Source: Candidatus Saccharimonadota bacterium
GTDB taxonomy: Bacteria; Patescibacteriota; Microgenomatia; UBA1406; GWC2-37-13
Direction of reading: 5' to 3'
Assembly: GCA_016700135.1 (NCBI GenBank)
Contig: CP065004.1
Coordinates: 540,001-572,000, forward strand
Length of the DNA: 32,000 nt
Position numbers and translations under genes: made by a program
In this document: piece after piece, positions 7,309 through 15,741 of the stretch
Position numbering within the stretch: the first letter of the stretch is position 1
Layout of the letters: each line of letters starts with the position of its first letter
The notes under the pieces: model-generated
What the model was told of the DNA's origin: nothing
The model's input: only the letters and a program-made list of their open reading frames with translations
Databases searched by the model: none

Positions 7309-8985
7309 TTACATAGCTTCGATTTTGGTGACGCGAAGTACTTCTTCTATAGTCGTCCGTCCTTCAGCGACTTTGGCAAGTCCGTCATCAAGCATGGTGA
7401 GCATTCCGTCTTTTTTAGCCTGCTGCATAATGACATCGGAATCAGCCTTCTTCAAAATCAGTTCACGTACCGGCTTTGTAACTTCCAGCACTTCAAACAC
7501 GGCCAGTCGTCCCATGTATCCTGTCGAATGACAGATATCACAACCGGCACCTTTGTAGATATGAATATCTTTTTTCGTTCCGAAATGTTGTTTGATGAGC
7601 TCGGGCGGTATGTTTTTACTGAAATCATCATAAGAGACATCTACTTTTGTCTTGCACATTTCGCAGATTTTTCTGACCAGACGCTGAGCGATGATGACAT
7701 TGACAGTTGAAGCTACCAAAAAAGGCTCAATTTTCATATCCATCAGGCGGGGCAGTGCCGTTGCCGCATCATTGGTGTGAAGTGTAGATACCACCAAGTG
7801 ACCTGTCAGAGCTGCATTAACGGCAATACTTGCGGTTTCCGAATCCCGGATTTCTCCGACGAGGATGATGTTCGGATCCTGCCGCAAAATAGATCTCAGT
7901 CCGCTTGCAAAGGTAAGATTTGCTTTCTTATTTACCTGAATCTGATTGACGCCTTCGATGCGGTACTCAACAGGATCTTCAATCGTTGTAATGTTTTTTG
8001 ATCGAGTATTTAAGACTTTTAAAATGGCATAAATGGATGTAGATTTTCCTGATCCCGTCGGACCGGTTGCCAAAATCATGCCGTAAGATTTTGTATATGC
8101 CCGGCTGACTTTCTCCAGATCTTCATCGCTCATGCCAAGATCAGTCAGGGTAATCGACCTGTTTTGGGTGGAAAGCAAGCGGAGTACTGATTTCTCACCG
8201 TTTACGATCGGGATGATTGAGACGCGAAGATCAAGATAACTGTCTTCAATCTCGAATCTCATCTTTCCGTCCTGCGGGCTCATGTGCTCGTCTGTACGAA
8301 GCTGTGACAGGACCTTTATGCGGGTAATGATTCGTTCATGCAGATATTTCGGATACGTCACCACGTCATGTAAAATTCCGTCAATACGGTATCTGACAAG
8401 AGCATTCTCTTCCTGAGGTTCGATATGAATATCTGAGACTTTGTCATAAAAAGCGGTTTCAAGAATAAGATCAACGATTTTTGAAACGGAAACATCATGG
8501 CTTGATTTTTTTTCTTTCGCATCACCGAGGAGTTTATCAAATGCTTTCTGGAGATCCTTTTTAAAAATATAAAAGGTATTCAGAATATCCCGTTCCGTCG
8601 CAAGGTGAGGAATAATTTTTGCCTGAGTTTTGTGAGAAACCATGTCTATGATTTCTTTGTCCCGCGGATCTGCCATTGCGAGTTTGATCCCTGATTGATC
8701 GCGTGCAAAAGCGATAACTTTTTTCTTTCGGGCGATTTTTTCCGGAACGATATGGAAAACATCCTCAGCAATAGAAATCTTGGCAAGTGAGACAAACGGG
8801 ATCTTCAGATGATTGGCAATTGTGATTCCGAGCTTTTCATCTGAAATGATATTCATCTGAAGAAGTGCATCCGTAAAATCCGTATGAGCATCCTTGGTAT
8901 ATTGCTCAACCAATTTTATTTTGGCATCGTCAAGAATATTTATTGATTTGAGAAGCTCTTTCAGCTCTTCTTCTTTGAGAAGCAT
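7309..8985 (-). CDS. pilB: Type IV pilus assembly ATPase (PilB/GspE family)
   Basis: 558 aa. It has a GSPII_E N-terminal domain, Walker A GPTGSGKST, the Asp box / Walker B region ILVGEIRD, the His box TGHLVVSTLHTN, and a tetracysteine motif CEMC...CDIC. Confidence 0.95.
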   Translation of the reverse strand: MLLKEEELKELLKSINILDDAKIKLVEQYTKDAHTDFTDALLQMNIISDEKLGITIANHLKIPFVSLAKISIAEDVFHIVPEKIARKKKVIAFARDQSGIKLAMADPRDKEIIDMVSHKTQAKIIPHLATERDILNTFYIFKKDLQKAFDKLLGDAKEKKSSHDVSVSKIVDLILETAFYDKVSDIHIEPQEENALVRYRIDGILHDVVTYPKYLHERIITRIKVLSQLRTDEHMSPQDGKMRFEIEDSYLDLRVSIIPIVNGEKSVLRLLSTQNRSITLTDLGMSDEDLEKVSRAYTKSYGMILATGPTGSGKSTSIYAILKVLNTRSKNITTIEDPVEYRIEGVNQIQVNKKANLTFASGLRSILRQDPNIILVGEIRDSETASIAVNAALTGHLVVSTLHTNDAATALPRLMDMKIEPFLVASTVNVIIAQRLVRKICEMCKTKVDVSYDDFSKNIPPELIKQHFGTKKDIHIYKGAGCDICHSTGYMGRLAVFEVLEVTKPVRELILKKADSDVIMQQAKKDGMLTMLDDGLAKVAEGRTTIEEVLRVTKIEAM

Positions 8986-8991
8986 AGGTGA

Positions 8992-9357
8992 TTATAGCTT
9001 TGATACTTGTTCGATCTTGGCGACCAAAGCATCAAAGTCAAAAAAACTTTTATTTACATATCCTTTTGCACCGAGTTCCATGGCATGTTGTACATCTTTT
9101 TCCTGTCCCAGTGTCGAGAAAATCAAAACAGGAATATTCTTCAAAGACGGTTCCTGTGACATTTCTGTCAAAACTTCAAACCCGTCTTTCTGAGGCATGA
9201 TGAGATCAAGGATTAGGATATCCGGTTTTTTTTCGTGCAGCTTGGCCATCGCATCAGTTCCGTCTACCGCAACACTCACTTCATAACCTTTTGCCGTTAG
9301 CTGTGACTGATAAAATTTCTGGAAAAAAGTGTCGTCGTCTGCGAGCAGTATATACAT
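8992..9357 (-). CDS. Single-domain response regulator (CheY-like receiver), first gene of the pilus operon as it now stands
   Basis: 121 aa. MYILLADDD, DILILDLIMPQKDG and GAKGYVNK. No output domain. Confidence 0.9.
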   Translation of the reverse strand: MYILLADDDTFFQKFYQSQLTAKGYEVSVAVDGTDAMAKLHEKKPDILILDLIMPQKDGFEVLTEMSQEPSLKNIPVLIFSTLGQEKDVQHAMELGAKGYVNKSFFDFDALVAKIEQVSKL

Positions 9358-9384
9358 CCGTTATTTCAAAATTAGTAATATTAA

Positions 9385-10099
9385 GGCTCTAGACTAGCAG
9401 AGTAGTGCTAAACTAGAGGTATGGTTTGTAACAATAGGCCGATATCAAAATACAAGAGAAAAAAGATACTATGGTGTTTTGCACACGATCTGAGTGCTAC
9501 ACAGACCTCTGGTATTTTGGGTCTCAACCGCAATACAGTCAACAAATATTACAATAATATTCGTCAACTCATATATCATCACCAAGTGCACCAGATGCAA
9601 CGATATGTTGGTGGTGAGATAGAAATTGATGAATCATACTTTGGACCTCGAAGGATGAGAGGCAAGTCAAGTAAAAGAGGTCGTGGGACGTCATTTAAGC
9701 AGGTAGTATTTGGGATATATGAGCGTCAAGGACGTGTATTTACTCGTATCATTCCAAACTGTAAAAGAAGAACGCTACATGCTGTTATGAAGGGAAAGAT
9801 TGACTTGAACAGTACTGTATATTCAGATTCGTGGAGCGGATACAACGGACTTGTTGATGTCGGGTATGACAAACATTTGAGAATCAATCACAAGAAAAAT
9901 GAGTTCTCAAATACAAAAGGGGTCCATATCAATGGCATAGAGTCATTCTGGTCCTTTTGTAAAAGACGTCTCGTTAAGTTCAATGGTGTAAAGAAAAACT
10001 TTCCATTACACTTGAAAGAGTGTGAATGGAGATGGAGCAAATCCCCATCGATCCTTTACAATGAACTATTACAAATTGTTAATGTGCTAGTCTAGAGCC
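9385..10099 (+). mobile_element. IS1595-family insertion sequence, copy 1 (715 bp)
   Basis: 15-bp perfect terminal inverted repeats GGCTCTAGACTAGCA (9385-9399) and TGCTAGTCTAGAGCC (10085-10099). A 7-bp direct target duplication ATATTAA flanks it (9378-9384 and 10100-10106). It has a single transposase ORF. It is identical to the copy at 15031. Confidence 0.9.
9421..10095 (+). CDS. ISXO2-like DDE transposase (IS1595 family)
   Basis: 224 aa. N-terminal HTH (LSATQTSGILGLNRNTVNKYY), then IEIDESYFG...KRGRG...VVFGIYERQGRVF...VYSDSWSGYNGL...HLRINHKKNEF...HINGIESFWSFCKRRL, the pattern of the ISXO2-like transposase domain. The stop codon lies inside the right IR. Confidence 0.9.
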   Translation: MVCNNRPISKYKRKKILWCFAHDLSATQTSGILGLNRNTVNKYYNNIRQLIYHHQVHQMQRYVGGEIEIDESYFGPRRMRGKSSKRGRGTSFKQVVFGIYERQGRVFTRIIPNCKRRTLHAVMKGKIDLNSTVYSDSWSGYNGLVDVGYDKHLRINHKKNEFSNTKGVHINGIESFWSFCKRRLVKFNGVKKNFPLHLKECEWRWSKSPSILYNELLQIVNVLV

Positions 10100-10106
10100 A
10101 TATTAA

Positions 10107-10499
10107 TTAGTGCACTGTAATTCCGGCCTGATTTTCAATTTTTGAGATGTGTGATGATAAATCCAGTTCCCCCTGACCGTTCCGCACGTTGGCAAGGGAG
10201 GTATCCATTGCTTCCAGTGTTTCATTCACTATTCCACTAAGTTCTGCGTTAGGATCAATGGAACCTTCTTTCATGCCGAGAAAAAGAGCCTCAAGAACAC
10301 GCCCGCAAAGCCCTAATTGTGCATAGCCCATTACGAGACTCTGGCTTTTGAAAGAATGTGCTGCCCTGTGGACTTCCGCCAAGACATTTTTATCACCGGG
10401 ATTCGTATTCATTGCTATCAGTCCGTTTTTAATAGTTGAGAGCAGTTCCTGTGAGGTTTGCAGATACAGTTTTTTATATTCATGTAAATCTATCGCCAT
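10107..10499 (-). CDS. Hpt (histidine phosphotransfer) domain protein
   Basis: 130 aa, predicted helical. HRAAHSFKSQSLVMGY matches the Hpt phospho-His motif (AHxxKGxxxxxG-like). The stop codon directly abuts the IS target duplication. Confidence 0.7.
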   Translation of the reverse strand: MAIDLHEYKKLYLQTSQELLSTIKNGLIAMNTNPGDKNVLAEVHRAAHSFKSQSLVMGYAQLGLCGRVLEALFLGMKEGSIDPNAELSGIVNETLEAMDTSLANVRNGQGELDLSSHISKIENQAGITVH

Positions 10500-10561
10500 A
10501 GTTTCAGTATAAGTCAGAAGAAGATACGTGACAAGTGAGATAAAAAGGTATAATAATCAAT

Positions 10562-11029
10562 ATGTCCGGCAAAAAAAATAAGAAAAAGCAATATTCAAAT
10601 GATTCTCTGATGAGTTGGTTTACGCATATTACACTGGCTATTACCTATGGGCTTCTATTTATGTTTCTTGTTGCAAATATACTTTACTCGCAGATTATGC
10701 CCGACGAGTATTTTCAACTGCTTCAAGGCAAAGACGATGCATTTGTGTCGATTATAAAGCGGGGCAAAGAAACCTCTTTTTTTGAGTCACTTCTTCCTGA
10801 AAACAAGAATACAATAGCCGCGAAAGAAGCTGATATTTTTGCCGATACTCACTTGAGAAAAGCGCAAATAGAACTTCTCAAGGAAACGCTCGCACGAAAT
10901 CCGGAATCACGGGATGTCTTGTATGCGTTGCATCTTTTGTATAAAAGTGAAGGGCAAATGAATGAAGCCTCACATTATCTGGAACTAGCCCGTCAGATAG
11001 ATCCCTCCGTCGGTCAGGAAACTCCGTAA
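10562..11029 (+). CDS. Membrane-anchored protein with TPR-like C-terminal helices
   Basis: 155 aa. Lys-rich N-terminus, one TM helix (ITLAITYGLLFMFLVANILY), and C-terminus ...RDVLYALHLLYKSEGQMNEASHYLELARQIDP. Confidence 0.6.
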   Translation: MSGKKNKKKQYSNDSLMSWFTHITLAITYGLLFMFLVANILYSQIMPDEYFQLLQGKDDAFVSIIKRGKETSFFESLLPENKNTIAAKEADIFADTHLRKAQIELLKETLARNPESRDVLYALHLLYKSEGQMNEASHYLELARQIDPSVGQETP

Positions 11030-11452
11030 TTATGTTCCTTTAATTTTTCTTCTGTCTTTCCGTACTTTTGCCGGATATGAAACGAATACAGAACGACGCC
11101 AATTACAGAAAAGACTAAGCTCACCCAAAGCAGTATATCCGGATAAAACATACGATGTTATCCTGCAAGTACATTCACTGTACTTGCCAGGTAATTAAAA
11201 ATGAGAAATAATCCGAGCGAACCGAACAGCAATAGCTGTTTTTGTTCTACAGTAAGTGACATATCGTTACTATACGTTTCTTACGGCAATACGCGGTAAA
11301 TAATATGTAAATTAGCTGTAAAAGCTGTTTGTTCCATAGACCCCGGCTCCCTCGCATATAGCAGGGCGAGATTACGAGACCGGAACTAGTATCGATCCCA
11401 ATAATAGTTATACAATTACATATCTTTAAATTCAAGGACATTGATATGTTGG

Positions 11453-11478
11453 TAAAATCTGAGGCTTCGAAAAGCCTT
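11453..11478 (-). terminator. Rho-independent terminator after the 234-aa gene
   Basis: Minus strand reads aaggcttttcgaagcct (stem aggctt/aagcct, loop ttcg) followed by cagatttt. It lies 30 nt downstream of the stop at 11508. Confidence 0.55.
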
Positions 11479-11507
11479 AATAATAGAGAAGGGAGGAGAG
11501 AGGAGGA

Positions 11508-12212
11508 TTAATAACCGCTTATTACGCAAGTGCCGTTCTCAAGTGCTTCAGCCAGAGGATTCTCAACTACTTTTCCATCCAGAGTATATTCTGCAGTTAC
11601 TTTAGTACCATCCATATGGATACTTGTCTCTGACAGTTCAGCAGCAGCTTCGTCAAGATGAAACTGTGCAACAGCACGCCGTTCGTATTCCGTGTAGCGG
11701 CATTCCATCTTTCCGCCGTTTGGCATCTGTTCCACATAAAGGCATTTATCGTCCGTTTCACCGACAATTTCCCGTTCCATTGCCTCTCCCGTCAACGGAT
11801 GTTCGAACGTATCTTTATATTGAGAACAGGTGCTTAGGTGCTCTTCAAAAGTGGCTCCGGTGGATGCTGAAGACGGTTGATCCGAGGGCGAACTAGCACT
11901 TGAAGGTGTTGATGACTCTGTTTGAGTCTCGTTTACAGTCTCTGGTATTTGGTCCTGAACAGAAGCGTTTTGCCGTAACAGATAGAAAGTACTTCCCGCG
12001 ATAATCACGAGGACAAGAACGGCAGGAAGAATAAATTTTGCGTATTTCTGTAAAGAAAAAGCAGGAGACGGTGAAACGGTAGGGATCGTAAGAAAATAAT
12101 TGTCAATTTCCTGTGCAGGCCATCCGCTTGCTAAAAGTGCCTGTTTAATCTGTTCCCGACTGAAACCTTTCCGGAGTTGGGACGTGACATAATCATGCAG
12201 TTGTTGTGACAT
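11508..12212 (-). CDS. Hypothetical bitopic membrane protein (short cytoplasmic N-domain, Ser/Thr/Pro linker, Cys-containing extracytoplasmic domain)
   Basis: 234 aa. TM helix FILPAVLVLVIIAGSTFYLL and low-complexity linker TQTESSTPSSASSPSDQPSSAS. I recognise no family. Confidence 0.75.
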   Translation of the reverse strand: MSQQLHDYVTSQLRKGFSREQIKQALLASGWPAQEIDNYFLTIPTVSPSPAFSLQKYAKFILPAVLVLVIIAGSTFYLLRQNASVQDQIPETVNETQTESSTPSSASSPSDQPSSASTGATFEEHLSTCSQYKDTFEHPLTGEAMEREIVGETDDKCLYVEQMPNGGKMECRYTEYERRAVAQFHLDEAAAELSETSIHMDGTKVTAEYTLDGKVVENPLAEALENGTCVISGY

Positions 12213-12259
12213 GATTTCATTATAGTAAGAGAGAATGTGGAAAGTAAAGGAGTGCTTTG

Positions 12260-12333
12260 TGGACTCGAGGGGACTTGAACCCCTGACCTTCGCGCTGCCA
12301 GCGCGACGTTCTAGCCAACTGAACTACGAGCCC
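12260..12333 (-). tRNA. tRNA-Ala (anticodon GGC)
   Basis: The reverse complement folds as a 74-nt cloverleaf: GGGCTCG TA GTTC AGTTGGCTA GAAC G TCGCG CTGGCAG CGCGA AGGTC AGGGG TTCAAGT CCCCT CGAGTCC A. The G3:U70 pair is the alanine identity element. CCA is not encoded. Confidence 0.9.
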
Positions 12334-12368
12334 GTGAGTGAAGATATTGTAACACAAAAGCCTCCGCA

Positions 12369-13537
12369 CTAACTCACAAAATATCCCTGAATAAAATAAG
12401 TGAAAAGTATTATATGGAGTACTATAAAGAGAATAAATAAAATGATTTGTATCTGTTTATGCTTTATCTCACCTAGCACGATAAAAAAGGAAAGGGAAGT
12501 GAGAACATAGCGCGGAAGTGAGGTAAATGTTCCGGTAAACGTTGGAAGAAGAAGATTTACAAACGAAAATAAATTCAGTCCAAGCCGGACCAGGAGATGC
12601 TTATATTCTTTCCGATAAATTTTCAAAAGATCATAGCTTAAAACGATAAAAACGAGCAAAAACACTGCAAATTCAACCGCTGCAATAAAATACTGGAAAT
12701 TCATCTGGGCCGTCAAAAAGATTTTGATATATCGAAACATGACTTGAGGGAACAGTATCAGATCCGTCTGCCGCCCGGTTTGGAAATCAGGCAAGTTATT
12801 AAAGAATCGTATCGGATCACCGGTTGTTTTCCAAAGAAATATGCTGTAGATAATAAATCCTATTGGGGCACCCAAAAGCGTAAGTGCCGGTTTCATGTTT
12901 TTTATTATTTTTTGAATGATGAATTTCGGAGATTGACCTGATAATCCGTAAACGGTAAATGCCTCAAAAAACAGAGGGATTACCAGAAATATTCCTACAA
13001 AACGGGTAAGTGCGGCAAGCACGGACAAGATAAAAGTCAGAAAGTACTTTTTTTTGTGCATCGTGTAGAGGGAACTAACAAGAAGCAGCAGAAAAAGACT
13101 TTCGGTATAGACGCCGAGCAGGTAAAAAGAAGTAGGGAACAATAAAAATGCAGCATAAATTTTATACCAATTGTTGTTTTTGACATCCAAAGCAGCCAGG
13201 TATTTATTTAGAATAATTAGTATCCCTACGAATGAGCAAAGAGATATCAGTATGCCGGCAAGAACTGGCTGAAAGGCAATACTTCCGACAGCTATCATAA
13301 TCGGGTACAAAGGGAAAAAAGCATGTGTCAGCGGCAGATACCCGGACTTTGCAATTTTGAGATAAATTGTCCCGTCAAAGTTGGCAAATGAAAAAAGAAA
13401 ATGAGGCAGGCCGGATTTTTGCAGGTCATCAAGATAGGGAAATGATGATTGCGGAAGAAAACGAGGTGCAAGAAAACTGATAAAAAGATGGCTGATGACG
13501 AATACGAAAGCGATAAAAAAAGGTGTGTTCGTTTCAT
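12369..13537 (-). CDS. GT-C fold polytopic glycosyltransferase (PIG-V-like mannosyltransferase family); the only ATG is out of frame by one base across an A7/T7 tract
   Basis: The long frame is open from 13543 to 12369. Upstream of the track's 313-aa ORF it encodes ...FFIAFVFVISHLFISFLAPRFLPQSSFPYLDDLQKSGLPHFLFSFANFDGTIYLKIAKSGYLPLTHAFFPLYPIMIAVGS..., which contains the FDGxxYxxIAxxGY...FFPLYP signature. ATG 13537-13535 (MKRTH...) is in a different frame. One extra T in the T7 run (A7 at 13515-13521 on plus) would fuse them. Confidence 0.7.
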
Positions 13538-13553
13538 AACGGCAGAACGTTTA

Positions 13554-14234
13554 TTATTTTTCCTCTACCAGAAAGTATTCTTCCTTCGGTCCTTCTTCCA
13601 TTGTACCAATCATACGGCTTATATCTTTCATCTGTGACTTGTGTTCATACAATGCCTTCCGTTTCAGTTCCCAGACGGGTGAGATATCAACAATCAGGTC
13701 AATGTCATCACGGTTGTATCCGTGCGGGACATAGATAAAGTAATCCCGCAGCTGATCAGTTTGATCTTTCAGTATTGTGTAGGAGAGGAGTTTCTTTGTG
13801 TAATCGACTTTATGAAAAACATAGTGAGTGATCAGAGACATTGCGACATGATCCAGGTGCCCTGATACTCCGCGGTTTTCATAGGTGAGCAGTATCTCAG
13901 GTTTGATGGTATCAATAATATCCCGGATATCCTGTGCGATGGCATGGTATTTGTTGTTGGACAATGTGCCGTCTTTGTAATCCAGAAAGTAGACTTCCTC
14001 GACCCCAAGGGTATCTGCAGAACGCCTGAGTTCCTGCTCTCTCAAATCTCCGATATTTACATGGTCATCACCTGAGTGATTTTCGCCGGCATCACCGCGG
14101 GTCGCGCAGATGATATATACGTCATGTGTTTTGGTATATATTGCAAGCGTCCCGGCCGGACCGAATGCTTCATCGTCGGGATGAGCGAAAATTGCAACGA
14201 GCGAAGGTTTATTCATATGTGAATTATACTGCAA
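13554..14234 (-). CDS. PIG-L/LmbE family N-acetylglucosaminyl deacetylase
   Basis: 226 aa. VAIFAHPDDEAFGPAGTL (AHPDDE zinc-binding motif), followed by HxDH (GHLDHVAM). Confidence 0.9.
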   Translation of the reverse strand: MQYNSHMNKPSLVAIFAHPDDEAFGPAGTLAIYTKTHDVYIICATRGDAGENHSGDDHVNIGDLREQELRRSADTLGVEEVYFLDYKDGTLSNNKYHAIAQDIRDIIDTIKPEILLTYENRGVSGHLDHVAMSLITHYVFHKVDYTKKLLSYTILKDQTDQLRDYFIYVPHGYNRDDIDLIVDISPVWELKRKALYEHKSQMKDISRMIGTMEEGPKEEYFLVEEK

Positions 14235-14269
14235 TCATCTGAAAATATTAACGCTATGGGCTTATTACT

Positions 14270-14279
14270 TGATATAATA
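14270..14279 (+). promoter_or_regulatory. Extended -10 promoter element (TGaTATAAT) upstream of the 80-aa ORF and tRNA-Pro
   Basis: tgatataat at 14270-14279, about 30 nt upstream of ATG 14309. No good -35 element. Sequence match only. Confidence 0.35.
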
Positions 14280-14308
14280 GTGTGTATTGGAAATAAATAT
14301 CAATAATC

Positions 14309-14551
14309 ATGACATCGGACGAAAAAATTATATCTATACTGTCAGAGATTCGTGATTTGCAATCACAGCAAGTGAATGCACATGCTGAGTTCCTGAAAAA
14401 GACGGAAGAAAAATATGATGCGTATTTGGGGAAATCACGGGAACAGTATTCGGGATATCTGAAAAAAGTCAGAAATCTCCTGGTAGGATTCGTCGTTGTC
14501 GTTATTTTGTTGCTTTTTATATTTCCGGTAGTATTATCTTTTATGGAGTGA
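14309..14551 (+). CDS. Small hypothetical protein with C-terminal TM helix
   Basis: 80 aa. Helical N-part and C-terminal LLVGFVVVVILLLFIFPVVLSF. tRNA-Pro starts 5 nt after its stop. Confidence 0.55.
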   Translation: MTSDEKIISILSEIRDLQSQQVNAHAEFLKKTEEKYDAYLGKSREQYSGYLKKVRNLLVGFVVVVILLLFIFPVVLSFME

Positions 14552-14555
14552 TCTT

Positions 14556-14629
14556 CGGGGTGTAGTTCAGATGGCTAGAACGTCCGGCTGGGGGCCGGGA
14601 GGTCGCAGGTTCAAGTCCTGTCACCCCGA
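14556..14629 (+). tRNA. tRNA-Pro (anticodon GGG)
   Basis: 74-nt cloverleaf: CGGGGTG TA GTTC AGATGGCTA GAAC G TCCGG CTGGGGG CCGGG AGGTC GCAGG TTCAAGT CCTGT CACCCCG A. G37 is consistent with Pro. The 3' 19 nt overlap the end of the recombinase ORF on the other strand. Confidence 0.9.
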
Positions 14630-15030
14630 CAATCAGAGACGGAAGGTAAAATAACCAGCTTTTCAAAGTCAGGATTTAGTTGATAATTCAGTACTTTTTT
14701 GTCCTTTGCAGTGAAGTTCAAAAAGATAGTTCTGATGATATTGTCTATGAGTAGCTGGTTATCACTGTTTTTGGCGATAAGACCAATCCTTTTGAACAAG
14801 TTCAAAAAGTTTTCGTAAGACATCAATCTAGATTCGATATTATGCTCAATTTGGGTTAGTTGTCCTTGAATCTCTATAACTTTTGTATCTAATTTGGCAC
14901 GTTCGTCTCTTAGCGTGTCGAGTTCTGCATTGAGTTCATCAATCGTTTTACCTTTGGCGTTACCCAGAGCAGTACGCTTGAACGCCATCAGTTGTTCATT
15001 TTCGGTTACTTGTCGCTTGGCATTAGCTAA
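14611..15030 (-). pseudogene. Large serine recombinase, C-terminal fragment (coiled-coil region) separated from the N-terminal part by an IS insertion
   Basis: The frame stays open from the IS target site: TTA GCT AAT GCC AAG CGA... gives LANAKRQVTENEQL, followed by the 125-aa track ORF (MAFKRTALGNAKGKTIDELNAELDTLRDERAKLDTKVIEIQGQL...). The phase at the 7-bp target duplication matches the N-terminal fragment exactly. Confidence 0.8.
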
Positions 15031-15066
15031 GGCTCTAGACTAGCAGAGTAGTGCTAAACTAGAGGT

Positions 15067-15741
15067 ATGGTTTGTAACAATAGGCCGATATCAAAATACA
15101 AGAGAAAAAAGATACTATGGTGTTTTGCACACGATCTGAGTGCTACACAGACCTCTGGTATTTTGGGTCTCAACCGCAATACAGTCAACAAATATTACAA
15201 TAATATTCGTCAACTCATATATCATCACCAAGTGCACCAGATGCAACGATATGTTGGTGGTGAGATAGAAATTGATGAATCATACTTTGGACCTCGAAGG
15301 ATGAGAGGCAAGTCAAGTAAAAGAGGTCGTGGGACGTCATTTAAGCAGGTAGTATTTGGGATATATGAGCGTCAAGGACGTGTATTTACTCGTATCATTC
15401 CAAACTGTAAAAGAAGAACGCTACATGCTGTTATGAAGGGAAAGATTGACTTGAACAGTACTGTATATTCAGATTCGTGGAGCGGATACAACGGACTTGT
15501 TGATGTCGGGTATGACAAACATTTGAGAATCAATCACAAGAAAAATGAGTTCTCAAATACAAAAGGGGTCCATATCAATGGCATAGAGTCATTCTGGTCC
15601 TTTTGTAAAAGACGTCTCGTTAAGTTCAATGGTGTAAAGAAAAACTTTCCATTACACTTGAAAGAGTGTGAATGGAGATGGAGCAAATCCCCATCGATCC
15701 TTTACAATGAACTATTACAAATTGTTAATGTGCTAGTCTAG
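15067..15741 (+). CDS. ISXO2-like DDE transposase (IS1595 family), identical to 9421-10095
   Basis: The 224-aa translation is identical to copy 1 in the ORF track. Confidence 0.9.
   Translation: MVCNNRPISKYKRKKILWCFAHDLSATQTSGILGLNRNTVNKYYNNIRQLIYHHQVHQMQRYVGGEIEIDESYFGPRRMRGKSSKRGRGTSFKQVVFGIYERQGRVFTRIIPNCKRRTLHAVMKGKIDLNSTVYSDSWSGYNGLVDVGYDKHLRINHKKNEFSNTKGVHINGIESFWSFCKRRLVKFNGVKKNFPLHLKECEWRWSKSPSILYNELLQIVNVLV

Noticed and set aside
7180-7710. 176-aa plus-strand ORF
   Set aside because: It lies entirely antisense to the pilC/pilB genes, which have strong motif support. It has no motifs of its own, so it is a shadow ORF.
11247-11441. 64-aa minus-strand ORF
   Set aside because: Its Cys/Ile-rich translation is odd, and it overlaps the start of the more plausible 34-aa TM mini-ORF. 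It has no ribosome-binding context and spans the GC-rich hairpin.
13328-13537. 69-aa ORF as an independent gene
   Set aside because: It is the out-of-frame read-through from the glycosyltransferase ATG. The alternative frame over the same bases encodes the conserved FDGxxYxxIAxxGY...FFPLYP region, contiguous with the 313-aa ORF.
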